DNA from: Longimicrobiales bacterium
GTDB lineage: Bacteria > Gemmatimonadota > Gemmatimonadetes > Longimicrobiales > Gaopeijiaceae
NCBI GenBank assembly: GCA_965226375.1
Contig: CBDDCX010000005.1
Coordinates: 192,001-256,000, forward strand
Length of the DNA: 64,000 bases
Direction: 5' to 3'
The notes under the pieces are model-generated. The model worked only from the letters and a program-made list of their open reading frames with translations, was not told the DNA's origin and did not search any database. This document shows, piece after piece, positions 1 through 9,515 of the stretch (its first letter is position 1; every line of letters starts with the position of its first letter). The position numbers and the translations under genes were made by a program.

Positions 1-1
1 G

Positions 2-1069
2 GGCCTGATTCACCCCATCGAGGTAGCGCTGCAGTTCGGTGACCAGACGCGGTTCGAGCGCTACTTGGGGATGGCCGAGGCTACGGGCCTCCGACGTGCG
101 CCTGCGTTCCGGCGTGTCGGGACGGCTCTTTGGCATGCTCCCGAGACCCGTGAAGACATTGCTCGCGAGCTCATGGCCGACATCGGTTCGGCCTTTACCT
201 ACACCGTGGGTTCGTACAGGGTGGGCGTTGGTAGCCCTGCCGACTTCAGCGGTGGGCTCGACGCGGTGGTCTCCTTGGTACCCGCCGAGCGGAAGACGGC
301 TCTCTGGAGTACTCGGACTCTTCTCTTGACCACCACGGGCCGGATGGCGGCGGCGGCCGACACGGCCCGGCTGGACGTGGTGCCGGCTCGCGTCGTTCGG
401 GCCTACCTCACCGATTATCCTGCGGTGGCAGGATTCATTGACCCGGCCGCTGTGACACGCGGGCTAGAGATCGGGGTTACCGACGACGCCGCGGACTCGG
501 TTCCGCCGTGGGAGACCCGCTTCCTTCAGGCGCTCGCCTATCTGGCCTCGGGAGACGCCGGGCGGGGCGAGGCTGCCTTAGAGGTGCTGCAGCTAGACGA
601 TCCCCCGATCGAGTTAGCATCGGCGGCCTTGGGCCTTGTGGATGCCTCTCGGGGTTGGGCCCTGCTCCTCAGGGGAGACACGGCGGCGGGAATCGAGAGG
701 CTGCAGGTCGGACTCGCGCAGGCGGGTCGATGGACTCCTGCGGGTGTTAATACGGCTCCGACCGACGCATTCGGTGCCATGGGAGGCGGGGCTGCGCTCT
801 CCTTCCGGCTGGTGGCGGCGATGGCGTCATGGACCCCTACGGCCGCTCAGGGGCGACGCCTTCTCCACGACGTACTCTGGCCGGACTTCCACTACGAAGT
901 CCTCCGCCACTACGAACTGGGCCGCGCGCTCGAGTGGGCCGGCCGAGGGACGGAGGCACGCGCGTCGTATGATCGATTTCTGAGGCTGCTCGAAGGAGCC
1001 GACGAGGGATTGCTGGTGGCAGACGAGATGGCTTGGGCCAAGGAGGCGCTGATCCGGCTGGCCGGCTAG
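2..1069 (+). CDS. 5'-truncated TPR-like helical protein (C-terminal part of a larger protein)
   Basis: Frame is open from base 2, upstream of the listed start at 65; C-terminal HYELGRALEWAGRGTEARASYDRFL is TPR-like. Confidence 0.55.
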   Translation, partial: GLIHPIEVALQFGDQTRFERYLGMAEATGLRRAPAFRRVGTALWHAPETREDIARELMADIGSAFTYTVGSYRVGVGSPADFSGGLDAVVSLVPAERKTALWSTRTLLLTTTGRMAAAADTARLDVVPARVVRAYLTDYPAVAGFIDPAAVTRGLEIGVTDDAADSVPPWETRFLQALAYLASGDAGRGEAALEVLQLDDPPIELASAALGLVDASRGWALLLRGDTAAGIERLQVGLAQAGRWTPAGVNTAPTDAFGAMGGGAALSFRLVAAMASWTPTAAQGRRLLHDVLWPDFHYEVLRHYELGRALEWAGRGTEARASYDRFLRLLEGADEGLLVADEMAWAKEALIRLAG

Positions 1070-1265
1070 TGCGTCCCCGCACGAGTTGTCGGGAGTCCAT
1101 CCCAGCGCCTATCTTCGGCGAGTTTCAGAGCCTCACAGCCTTCTCGGAAGGACAGGCATGGGTCGCTGCCTGCCTAGATAAGTGAGTTGCCCGGCGGAGT
1201 GAGTGCCACGTATTCTTGCGCCCTACCGGTCCCAGCGACCCCCCGAACCTAAAAGGCCGACCACC

Positions 1266-2522
1266 ATGGAGCACAATCCGGACCTACCCTGGTACCGCCA
1301 GCTTCACTGGCAAGTACTCGTCGCGATGGGCCTCGGCGCTCTGACCGGAGCCATCTTCGGCGCGCCGGCGGCCGATCAGCTCGGCTGGATCGGCGACCTC
1401 TTCATGAAGCTCCTGCGGATGATCATCGTGCCGCTGGTGCTGACGTCGATCATCTCGGGCGTGGCATCGGTAGGCGGCGGTCGCGCGCTCGGGCGGCTCT
1501 TCAGCAAGACACTTGGCTACTACGTCTTGTCGAGCTTCCTGGCGGCGATAGTGGGGCTCATGATGGTCAACCTGATCCGGCCGGGAGTGGGCGCGAACAT
1601 GGTCGACGTCGCGGCCGCAGAGCTGCCGGACCTGCAGACGCCCGATTCCCCGGTCGACCTACTGCTCGACGTCGTCCCGGAGAACTTCGTCCAGGCGACG
1701 GCGGCCGGAGACATGCTGGCGGTCATCTTCTTCTGCATCGTCTTCGGCGCCTCGATCGCGACGCTACCGGGGAAAGCCCGCACGCTCCTCACGGACACCT
1801 TCGACGCGCTCTTCCACGCGATGATGGTGCTCACGTCGGGCATCATAAAGTTCCTCCCCATCGGCGTCTTCGCGCTCATCGCGCGGATGGTGGGAACCAC
1901 CGGCTTCGACGCGTTCCGGCCGCTCGCGCTCTACGCGGTGACGATCTTCTCCGGCGTCTCGATCCATTTCTTCGTCACGCTCCCACTGCTCCTCATCTTC
2001 CTCGGACGGATCAAGCCGCGGATCCATGTCGCGAATATGCGAGAGCCGCTCCTGATCGCGTTCTCGACCAGCTCGTCGGGCGCCACGCTTCCCGTAACGA
2101 TGAGGGCCGTCGAGGAGAAAGTCGGCGTCTCGAACAAGATCACCTCGTTCGTGCTCCCGATGGGAGCGACCGTCAACATGGACGGCACCGCAGTCTTCGA
2201 GTGCGCCGGGGCGCTCTTCATCGCCCAGGTGCTAGGGTTCGACCTCTCGATCACCACGCAGGCCGTCGTCGTCCTCACCGCGCTGGCCGCATCGATCGGT
2301 GCGGCCGCGGTGCCTTCGGCCGGCCTCGTGATCATCTTCATCGTTCTCGGCCAGATCGGCCTGGAGGGGCCGGAGGTGAATGCGATCGTCGGTTCGATGC
2401 TCGCGATCGACCGGCCGCTCGACATGTACCGCACGGCGGTCAACGTGTTCGGCGACTCTTGCGGCGCCGCAATTATCGCGCGGTCCGAGGGTGAGAGTAA
2501 CGTGGATACAGAGATCATATAG
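1266..2522 (+). CDS. Dicarboxylate/amino acid:cation symporter (DAACS/SDF family)
   Basis: AFSTSSSGATLP and GATVNMDGTA motifs, DRPLDMYRTAVNVFGD; ATG at 1266. Confidence 0.92.
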   Translation: MEHNPDLPWYRQLHWQVLVAMGLGALTGAIFGAPAADQLGWIGDLFMKLLRMIIVPLVLTSIISGVASVGGGRALGRLFSKTLGYYVLSSFLAAIVGLMMVNLIRPGVGANMVDVAAAELPDLQTPDSPVDLLLDVVPENFVQATAAGDMLAVIFFCIVFGASIATLPGKARTLLTDTFDALFHAMMVLTSGIIKFLPIGVFALIARMVGTTGFDAFRPLALYAVTIFSGVSIHFFVTLPLLLIFLGRIKPRIHVANMREPLLIAFSTSSSGATLPVTMRAVEEKVGVSNKITSFVLPMGATVNMDGTAVFECAGALFIAQVLGFDLSITTQAVVVLTALAASIGAAAVPSAGLVIIFIVLGQIGLEGPEVNAIVGSMLAIDRPLDMYRTAVNVFGDSCGAAIIARSEGESNVDTEII

Positions 2523-2531
2523 GGCGCCCTC

Positions 2532-3908
2532 ATGAGCGAACACCACGAAGCCGGGCTGTCTCGGGCGATCCGTCTGCCCCACGCCACGGCCATGGTGGTG
2601 GGGACCATCATTGGGACCGCGATCTTTGTGCAGCCCTCGGAGGTCACCGGCCAGGTTCCGTCTCTCACTGGAGCTGCCCTCGTGTGGTTGGTGGCAGGCG
2701 GGCTGACGCTCATCGGGGCGCTGGTCACGGCCGAACTCGCCTCTACCTTTCCGGAGAGTGGGGGGGTCTACGCCTTTCTGCGGGAGTCCTTCGGCGGTTG
2801 GCTGGGCTTCCTGTGGGGCTGGGCCATGTTCTGGACCATGCACTCCGGGATCATTGCGGCTATCGGGATGGTCTTCGCGTTCTATGTGGGATTTCTCGTT
2901 GAGTTGGGTCCGATTGGGACACGTGCAGTGGCGATCTCGGCCATTCTCGCGATCTCCGCCGTCAACTATTTCGGCGTCAAGCGGGGGAGTGACCTTCAGA
3001 CGGCGATCACGTTCATCAAGGTCCTTGCCATTGTCCTGATCGTGGCCCTGGGCTTCTCCGTGGGATCTCCGCCCGATGCGGGCGACGTGGGCGCCTCGGC
3101 TGTAGTCGGCGCGGCCGGAGCGGCGGCGGGTGGCGGCCTCTTGGGAGGCGGCACCTTCTCCGACTTTCTCCTGGCGCTGGTCGCCGGACTCTTCGCCTTC
3201 GGAGGGTGGCACATGGTGACGTACAACGCCGAAGAGACTGTGGACCCGACCAAGACCATCCCCAGAGCGTTGGGTTGGGGGGTGCTCATCGTGACCGTCT
3301 GCTACGTCGCACTCAACGCGGTCTATTTCTATGTATTGCCCCTGGAGACGGTGATCGCCTCCGAACGTGTGGCGGCGGACGCTGCCGAGCGCGTCTTCGG
3401 ATACGTGGGCGGGGTGACCATGACCGGCCTTGTCATGTTCTCCGCCTTCGGAGCGCTGGCCGGCATCGTCCTCTCTGGGCCACGTGTCTACTACGCGATG
3501 GCTCGTGACGGGGTGTTGTTCGAATGGGTTGCTGGCCTCCATCCCCGCTATCGCACGCCACATCGGGCTATCGTGCTGCAAGCGGTGTGGGCCTCCGTTC
3601 TCGTGGCGACGGGCACGTATCGAGCGCTCTTTACGCGCGTGGTCTACACGGAGTGGATCTTCTTTGGCCTCATGGCGATCGGCCTTTTCGTGCTCCGACG
3701 CCGGCCCGGGGTGACTCGGGCGTATTCCGCGTGGGGCTATCCGTGGGCCCCCGCATTGTTTGCCCTGTCCGCCTTCGCGATCGTGGTAAATCAAGTCATC
3801 AACGATCCGGTTGAAAGTGCCCTCGGTCTCGGTATGGTCGCCATCGGCTATCCCGTGTACCGTTTCTGGGCCCGGCCCGACCGTCTTCCTCCCGAGACCA
3901 AAGCATGA
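2532..3908 (+). CDS. APC-family amino acid permease
   Basis: VGTIIGTAIF, AELASTFPESGGVYAFL, FAFGGW and RYRTPHRAI motifs; about 12 TM segments. Confidence 0.9.
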   Translation: MSEHHEAGLSRAIRLPHATAMVVGTIIGTAIFVQPSEVTGQVPSLTGAALVWLVAGGLTLIGALVTAELASTFPESGGVYAFLRESFGGWLGFLWGWAMFWTMHSGIIAAIGMVFAFYVGFLVELGPIGTRAVAISAILAISAVNYFGVKRGSDLQTAITFIKVLAIVLIVALGFSVGSPPDAGDVGASAVVGAAGAAAGGGLLGGGTFSDFLLALVAGLFAFGGWHMVTYNAEETVDPTKTIPRALGWGVLIVTVCYVALNAVYFYVLPLETVIASERVAADAAERVFGYVGGVTMTGLVMFSAFGALAGIVLSGPRVYYAMARDGVLFEWVAGLHPRYRTPHRAIVLQAVWASVLVATGTYRALFTRVVYTEWIFFGLMAIGLFVLRRRPGVTRAYSAWGYPWAPALFALSAFAIVVNQVINDPVESALGLGMVAIGYPVYRFWARPDRLPPETKA

Positions 3909-4882
3909 TCATCGACTTCCACAATCACTTCTTCCCGCCGGAGTTCCTGGACGCCATCCGTTCGGGGCCGAGCAACTTCAGGATCACCGAGGACAAGGAG
4001 GGCAATCCTGTCCTTCACTCCCCCGGGGACTACAATGTCATCGTTCCGGGCCATCGGGACATCGACTTCAGGCGGAACGTCCTCGACGAGGCCGGTGTGG
4101 ACAGGCAGGTGATCACGTTCACGGCTCCTGGGACGAGCATCGAGGTGCCGGACAGAGCGGCTGAGCTCGCCACGATCATCAACGACGGACTCGCCAATGC
4201 CCGGGACAGGCATCCCGATCGTTTCACGCCCCTGGCCCACCTGCCCCTGAACAATCCGAAGGCGGCTGCCGTAGAACTCGACCGAGTGCTCGGGAAACTG
4301 GGCTTTCCGGGAGCTATGCTCTTCAGCAATGCTAGCGGTGTGCCACTCGCCGACGAGCGCTTCTGGCCGCTCTACGAGCGGGCGGACGAGGCCGGAGCCG
4401 TGATCTACATCCACCCGACCTATCCCCTGGGAGTGGAGGCCATGGAGGATTACATGCTCATGCCTCTGGTCGGCTTTCTCATGGACACGACGCTGGCCAC
4501 CGCTCATCTGATCTATGCCGGGATTCCCGAGCGCTTTCCTGGCATTCGATGGGCACTTTGTCATACGGGAGGTGCCATTCCTTTCCTGGCCGAGCGCCTG
4601 GATCGCGGGTTCGAGGCGTTTCCGCGCTGCAGGGCGAACATCTCCCGACCTCCCACGGACTACCTCCGCCAGTTCTACTTCGACACGGTGAACTTCGACC
4701 CGGCCTGCCTGAAGTTGGCGCTGGACTTCGCCGGGCCAGATCACGTGATCGCGGGGAGCGACTACCCGCATATGATCGGGAGCCTCGACAAGATGAAGTC
4801 CTCCATCGCGCAGTTGGGACTCTCTGCCGAAGACGAGGCCCGTGTGTGCGGTGGCAACGCGGCGGGGCTGTTGGGGCTGTGA
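3905..4882 (+). CDS. Amidohydrolase_2 family protein (ACMSD-like decarboxylase/hydratase)
   Basis: DFHNH metal motif, YIHP, HTGG, GSDYPH; ATGA overlap with the upstream permease. Confidence 0.88.
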   Translation: MIIDFHNHFFPPEFLDAIRSGPSNFRITEDKEGNPVLHSPGDYNVIVPGHRDIDFRRNVLDEAGVDRQVITFTAPGTSIEVPDRAAELATIINDGLANARDRHPDRFTPLAHLPLNNPKAAAVELDRVLGKLGFPGAMLFSNASGVPLADERFWPLYERADEAGAVIYIHPTYPLGVEAMEDYMLMPLVGFLMDTTLATAHLIYAGIPERFPGIRWALCHTGGAIPFLAERLDRGFEAFPRCRANISRPPTDYLRQFYFDTVNFDPACLKLALDFAGPDHVIAGSDYPHMIGSLDKMKSSIAQLGLSAEDEARVCGGNAAGLLGL

Positions 4883-7017
4883 GCCTTGTAAGGACTGGGG
4901 GTGAGAGCGTTTCAGTGATTCCCCCAGCGAGTTGGGCCCGACCCACGGCACGCAGGCGCACATTGGCGGTGCTCATCGCGGTGGCGGCTGTCACCCTCTC
5001 CGGCTGTGGGGACACATCCGACGCCCTCATGCGAGCCGCGATCATCGACGCCGAGGACGCCAGGGCCACCGGCCCCGAAGGACTCCAGCCCCTCGAGAGG
5101 GGACTGGGCTCGGCCGAGGCCGCGATCCAGAGGCTCGCCGTGCGAGCCGTGGGGCGGCTCGAGAAACCGGAGACCATCGGCCTGATCGCACCTCTCCTAG
5201 CGTCGTCTGATACGAGCGTCAGGGCGGAGGCTGTCAACGCGCTCGGGCAGGCCGTCCTGGCGTCGGAAGGGGACGTAGTGGCCGACCTGCTCTTCGCCCA
5301 CCTTGCCAGAGAAGGGGACGCCGGAGTCCGGGGCGTAGTGGCACGGACGCTGGGGAGGCTTCAATACGCGGAGGCCGATCGGGCCCTGGCCTCGGAACAG
5401 ATGCTGGTGCAGCTCACCAGGGGCACGGAGGCCGACGCACCTTCGGCAACCCTCACGGGGGCCGTCATGGGCCTCGAGTCCCTGTCCCGCCGCCTGGGCC
5501 CCGAAGGGCTCTCGGCGGCCACGGTGAGCAGGCTGGAGGACTTGGCCGCCTTCGGCCGCTCGGGTGGATCGGACGATCCGGACAGCGCCGCCCGCATAAG
5601 GCGCACGGCCATGCTGGCGCTCTCGTGGTTCGGAAACCCCAGCGTCAGCGCCCTGACCGAAGCCATGGACTACGACGATCCGGACGTGAGACGAATCGCA
5701 GTGACCATCATGAGAGGTGAGGCTTCGGTCGACGTCGACATCGATCTCCTGATTAGGGGCCTGGACGACGCATCGCCACGCGTGCGGGCGGAGGCCGTAC
5801 GGAGCTATGCCGCCCTGGCACCCGGTAACGAGGAATGTCGGCGCCTTCTTGATGCGGCCATCGACGCTGATCTCCACGTCGCGGTGGCGGCTTTGGATCT
5901 TCTCGCCCAGAGATGTGCGGATCGCTTCAGCCAGATCGAGTTGCTTGCCGGCATCGCAGCCGGGCTCGACGCGGCCGGTCCGTTGGACTGGCACAGGCCT
6001 GCGCACGCGCTCGTTTCCCTCGCCTCGGTATCGCAGGGCCGAGCGGCCGGGCTGCTCGAGGGCTTTGTCCGGCATGCCAACCCATTCGCTCGTGTGTACG
6101 CCGCCCGGACGGCTGCGGTTCTGGGGGACGTGGAGGCGCTGGAGGTGCTCGCTACCGACGCGGTCCCCAACGTCCGTACGGCGGCGGTGCAGGGGGTGGC
6201 CCGACTTCGTGGGCGCGATGCCGACGACCTGCTGATCGCGCAGCTCGATCAGGACGACGGTTTCCTTCTTCTGACCGTGGCCGGGTTGCTGGAGGGCACG
6301 TCGAACGGCAGCGCGGTGAGGGCTCTGATGGACGCCCTCGCCAGGATTTCCGTGGACCGACGACAGACGGCCCGGGATCCCCGGATGGCCCTCCTGAACC
6401 GCATCGCGGAGCTTGGCGGTGCGGACGAAGCGGGCGGATTGGAGCCGTACCTCACGGACTACGACCCTTTGCTCGCGGAGCGAGTAGCGGAAATTCTGAG
6501 TCGCTGGACGGGCGGGGCTTGGCAGGCCGAACCCAGACCTGTTGCGCGGACACCTGTGCCGTCCCCCGAGGAGATCGATGCGCTCGCCGAGACTCGGGTC
6601 GTCCTGGAAATGGAACGGGGTGGAGAGATCGAGATCCGGATGCTGGCCCGCAATGCCCCCACCCACGCCGCGCGCTTCGTGCGACTCGCCCGGTCAGGGG
6701 AGCTCGATGGGCTCACATACCATCGTGTGGTCACGAACTTCGTGCTTCAGGGGGGAAGCCCGGCGGCCAACGAGTTCGCCGGTGACGCGGCCTACACGAG
6801 GGATGAGCTCGGCCTGATTTCGCACTGGCGTGGGACCGTCGGGACGTCGACCAGGGGTCGCGATACCGGTGATGGCCAGATGTTCATCAATCTCATCGAC
6901 AATCTCCGTCTCGATCACAACTACACCGTTTTCGGCGAGGTAGTGAGAGGGATGGATACGGCGGATCTGGTCGCCGAAGGTGACGTGATCACGCGTGCAA
7001 GGGTGGTGGAGGGGTAG
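4879..7017 (+). CDS. Lipoprotein with HEAT repeats and a C-terminal cyclophilin-type peptidyl-prolyl isomerase
   Basis: GTG at 4879 overlaps the upstream TGA; lipobox VTLSGC; repeated VRAEAV/VRTAAV HEAT units; YHRVVTNFVLQGG and YTVFGEVVRGMD cyclophilin motifs. Confidence 0.85.
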   Translation: MSLVRTGGESVSVIPPASWARPTARRRTLAVLIAVAAVTLSGCGDTSDALMRAAIIDAEDARATGPEGLQPLERGLGSAEAAIQRLAVRAVGRLEKPETIGLIAPLLASSDTSVRAEAVNALGQAVLASEGDVVADLLFAHLAREGDAGVRGVVARTLGRLQYAEADRALASEQMLVQLTRGTEADAPSATLTGAVMGLESLSRRLGPEGLSAATVSRLEDLAAFGRSGGSDDPDSAARIRRTAMLALSWFGNPSVSALTEAMDYDDPDVRRIAVTIMRGEASVDVDIDLLIRGLDDASPRVRAEAVRSYAALAPGNEECRRLLDAAIDADLHVAVAALDLLAQRCADRFSQIELLAGIAAGLDAAGPLDWHRPAHALVSLASVSQGRAAGLLEGFVRHANPFARVYAARTAAVLGDVEALEVLATDAVPNVRTAAVQGVARLRGRDADDLLIAQLDQDDGFLLLTVAGLLEGTSNGSAVRALMDALARISVDRRQTARDPRMALLNRIAELGGADEAGGLEPYLTDYDPLLAERVAEILSRWTGGAWQAEPRPVARTPVPSPEEIDALAETRVVLEMERGGEIEIRMLARNAPTHAARFVRLARSGELDGLTYHRVVTNFVLQGGSPAANEFAGDAAYTRDELGLISHWRGTVGTSTRGRDTGDGQMFINLIDNLRLDHNYTVFGEVVRGMDTADLVAEGDVITRARVVEG

Positions 7018-7083
7018 CACATACCACACCGGCCGGGCGTCTTTCGAATGTCGTCAACCGGTCGCGCACACCGGAGGTCCGGG

Positions 7084-8823
7084 ATGTCTGATCGCCGCTT
7101 GTTCTCCGTTCCCGCTGTGGTTCCGCTGTCTGTCTTGTTGATTCTCACGGCCTGCTCCGGCCAGGGGCCCACCACGTTCGGCGTCTCCTTCGGCGAGTCC
7201 TTGGGCTCCGAGCCAGTCGACGGTCGCGTCATCCTGATCCTGAGCACCAACGAGGGGTCGGAGCCGCGTTTCCAGGTGAACTCGGGACCCATGGCTCCGA
7301 TGGTGCTTGGCATCGACGTGAATGGCCTGATGCCCGGCAGTGAGGCCGTCATCGATGAAGGCGTGTTCGGTTTCCCGATTGAGAGCCTGTCGGGATTGCC
7401 CGCCGGCGAGTACTGGGTGCAAGCGGTGCTACACAAATATGAAACCTTCAACCTGGCCAACGGCAAGACCGTGAAGCTGCCGATGGACCGAGGCGAGGGA
7501 CAGCATTGGCAACAGGCGCCAGGCAACCTGTACAGCACGCCCCGCCGGATCCAAGTCGATCCTTCCGTGGGGGGCCATGTATCCATCGAGCTCGACCAGG
7601 AGATTCCTCTCATCGCGGGGCCGGAGGATACCCAGTACATCAAGCACGTCCGAATTCAGAGCGACCTTCTTACCGAGTTCTGGGGACGGCCAATGCACCT
7701 CGGCGCTCACGTACTTCTTCCCGACGGGTTCGACGAGCACCCTGAGGCGCGTTATCCCCTCGTCGTGTTCCACGGCCACTTTCCGGCCGACTTCGGCGGC
7801 TTTCGCACCGAGCCGCCCGATCCCGACCTCGAGCCCACGTATAGCGCTCGGTTCGACGTGGACGGCTACAACCGGATTCAGCAGCAAGAGGCGTACGACT
7901 TCTACCGCAAGTGGATTGGACCCGACTTTCCTCGGATGCTCATCATCTCGGTGCAGCATGCGAATCCCTACTACGACGACTCCTATGCCGTGAATTCGGC
8001 GAACATCGGTCCGTACGGCGATGCGATCACCTATGAGCTGATCCCATACATCGAGGAGCGGTTCCGTGGGATCGGAGAGGGGTGGTCCCGGTTCACCTAC
8101 GGGGGCTCGACTGGAGGATGGGAGGCGCTGGCCGTGCAGGTCATGTATCCGGACGAGTACAACGGCGCATTTGCCGCGTGCCCTGACCCGATCGATTTCA
8201 GGGCCTTTACCCAGGTCAACATCTACGAGGACGAGAACGCCTACTTCATGGAAGGTCCCTTCAAGCGGACCGAGAGGGCCGGACGGCGGGACTGGTTGGG
8301 GGTTGTCGATCGCTCCGTCGAGGATGACAACCACGTGGAGCTGGCTCTGGCCACGCGAGGTCGCTCGGGCCAGCAGTGGGATATCTGGCAGGCGGTCTAT
8401 TCGCCGATGGGGGAAGACGGATATCCTGAGCCGATCTGGGACAAACGCACGGGAGTCATCGACCGTCGGGTGGCCGAGTACTGGAGAGAGAATTACGACC
8501 TGCGCTACATCATGGAGCGCGATTGGGCGACGCTGGGTCCCAAGCTCGAAGGGAAGGTCCACATCTACGTGGGCGACATGGACAACTACTACCTGAACAA
8601 CGCCGTCTACCTGACGGAGGACTTCCTGGAGGGCACCACCGAGCCCTATTACGGCGGTGAGGTGGACTACGGCGACCGGGCGGAGCACTGCTGGAATGGT
8701 GACCAACAGAACGGCAATCACATCTCACGGCTGCGCTACAACACCATGTACGTACCGAGGATTCTAGAGCGCTTGCGCGCGGGGTCGCCACCGGGCGCGG
8801 ATCTGACGAGCTGGCGATACTAG
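7084..8823 (+). CDS. Putative secreted esterase (alpha/beta-hydrolase) lipoprotein
   Basis: Lipobox ILTAC; GGSTGG nucleophile elbow; LLTEFWGRPMHLGAHVLLP. Confidence 0.75.
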   Translation: MSDRRLFSVPAVVPLSVLLILTACSGQGPTTFGVSFGESLGSEPVDGRVILILSTNEGSEPRFQVNSGPMAPMVLGIDVNGLMPGSEAVIDEGVFGFPIESLSGLPAGEYWVQAVLHKYETFNLANGKTVKLPMDRGEGQHWQQAPGNLYSTPRRIQVDPSVGGHVSIELDQEIPLIAGPEDTQYIKHVRIQSDLLTEFWGRPMHLGAHVLLPDGFDEHPEARYPLVVFHGHFPADFGGFRTEPPDPDLEPTYSARFDVDGYNRIQQQEAYDFYRKWIGPDFPRMLIISVQHANPYYDDSYAVNSANIGPYGDAITYELIPYIEERFRGIGEGWSRFTYGGSTGGWEALAVQVMYPDEYNGAFAACPDPIDFRAFTQVNIYEDENAYFMEGPFKRTERAGRRDWLGVVDRSVEDDNHVELALATRGRSGQQWDIWQAVYSPMGEDGYPEPIWDKRTGVIDRRVAEYWRENYDLRYIMERDWATLGPKLEGKVHIYVGDMDNYYLNNAVYLTEDFLEGTTEPYYGGEVDYGDRAEHCWNGDQQNGNHISRLRYNTMYVPRILERLRAGSPPGADLTSWRY

Positions 8824-9481
8824 TGCCCCATCCTGGAATACGGGGACGCACACACTAGCGGCCGCCTGAAACGACGTCGGCCGAGGCACCCGTGAGGGCA
8901 CCCCGGCACCGATTGGACTGCCGGGTGGCATGGCTTCCTCCAGCGATGCCGACCACTTGCGGCGGCTCGGGACGGCGTCAGCGCACCGTAAGTTCTCCAT
9001 CGAGGAGACGTCCGAGTCCGCGCTGCTCACGCTCGTGCCACGGATGAACCGCTGTAAGTTCTGGAAGCGAGCCCGAAGGCTCTTCCGCTCCCTCCGTGCA
9101 GCCATCCTCCAGTTTTTGTGGCCCACAGCTCCCCGGTCGTTTCATACCACGAAACTACACCCGTCTTGTTCAGAGCTTCCCTAGTGCCCCATCCTGGAAT
9201 ACGGGGACGCACACACTAGGGCCGCCTGAAACGACGTCGGCCGAGGCACCCGTGAGGGCACCCCGGCCGATTGGACTGCCGGGTGGCATGGCTTCCTCCA
9301 GCGATGCCGACCACTTGCGGCGGCTCGGGACGGCGTCAGCGCACCGTAAGTTCTCCATCGAGGAGACGTCCGAGTCCGCGCTGCTCACGCTCGTGCCACG
9401 GATGAACCGCTGTAAGTTCTGGAAGCGAGCCCGAAGGCTCTTCGCTCCCTCCGTGCAGCCATCCTTTTTTGTGGCCCACAG
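8820..9481. repeat. Tandem duplication, 361-bp period (copy 1 8820-9180, truncated copy 2 9181-9481), made of CTAG-bounded mini-elements
   Basis: Near-identical copies both begin CTAGTGCCCCATCCTGGAATAC; CTAG at 8820, 8855, 9181 and 9216. Confidence 0.95.
8859..9180 (-). mobile_element. Non-autonomous IS5-like element or remnant flanked by CTAG
   Basis: Minus-strand end GGAAGCTCTGAACAAG (9165-9180) matches the recalled IS5 terminal IR GGAAGGTGCGAACAAG at 13/16; other end degenerate; CTAG on both sides; no transposase. Confidence 0.55.
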
Positions 9482-9515
9482 GGCGCGGCAGCACTTTTAT
9501 CATGGAGTTCCGGTA

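Noticed and set aside
1070..1265. Possible riboswitch upstream of the DAACS transporter (GGGTCGCTG/CAGCGACCC inverted pair)
   Set aside because: No glycine, lysine, SAM or TPP consensus recognisable; a 9-bp GC-rich match can be chance
2232..3794. Long antisense ORFs (also 5197-6666, 7429-8721, 14540-15808, 17886-19205, 24731-26845, 54885-56417)
   Set aside because: Shadow ORFs opposite well-supported genes, expected at high GC; no recognisable motifs
8820..9481. Possible CRISPR array or coding repeat
   Set aside because: Only two long copies, no repeat-spacer periodicity and no cas genes; the copies differ by frame-breaking indels, so ORFs 8930-9184 and the 9096-9515 extension are likely spurious
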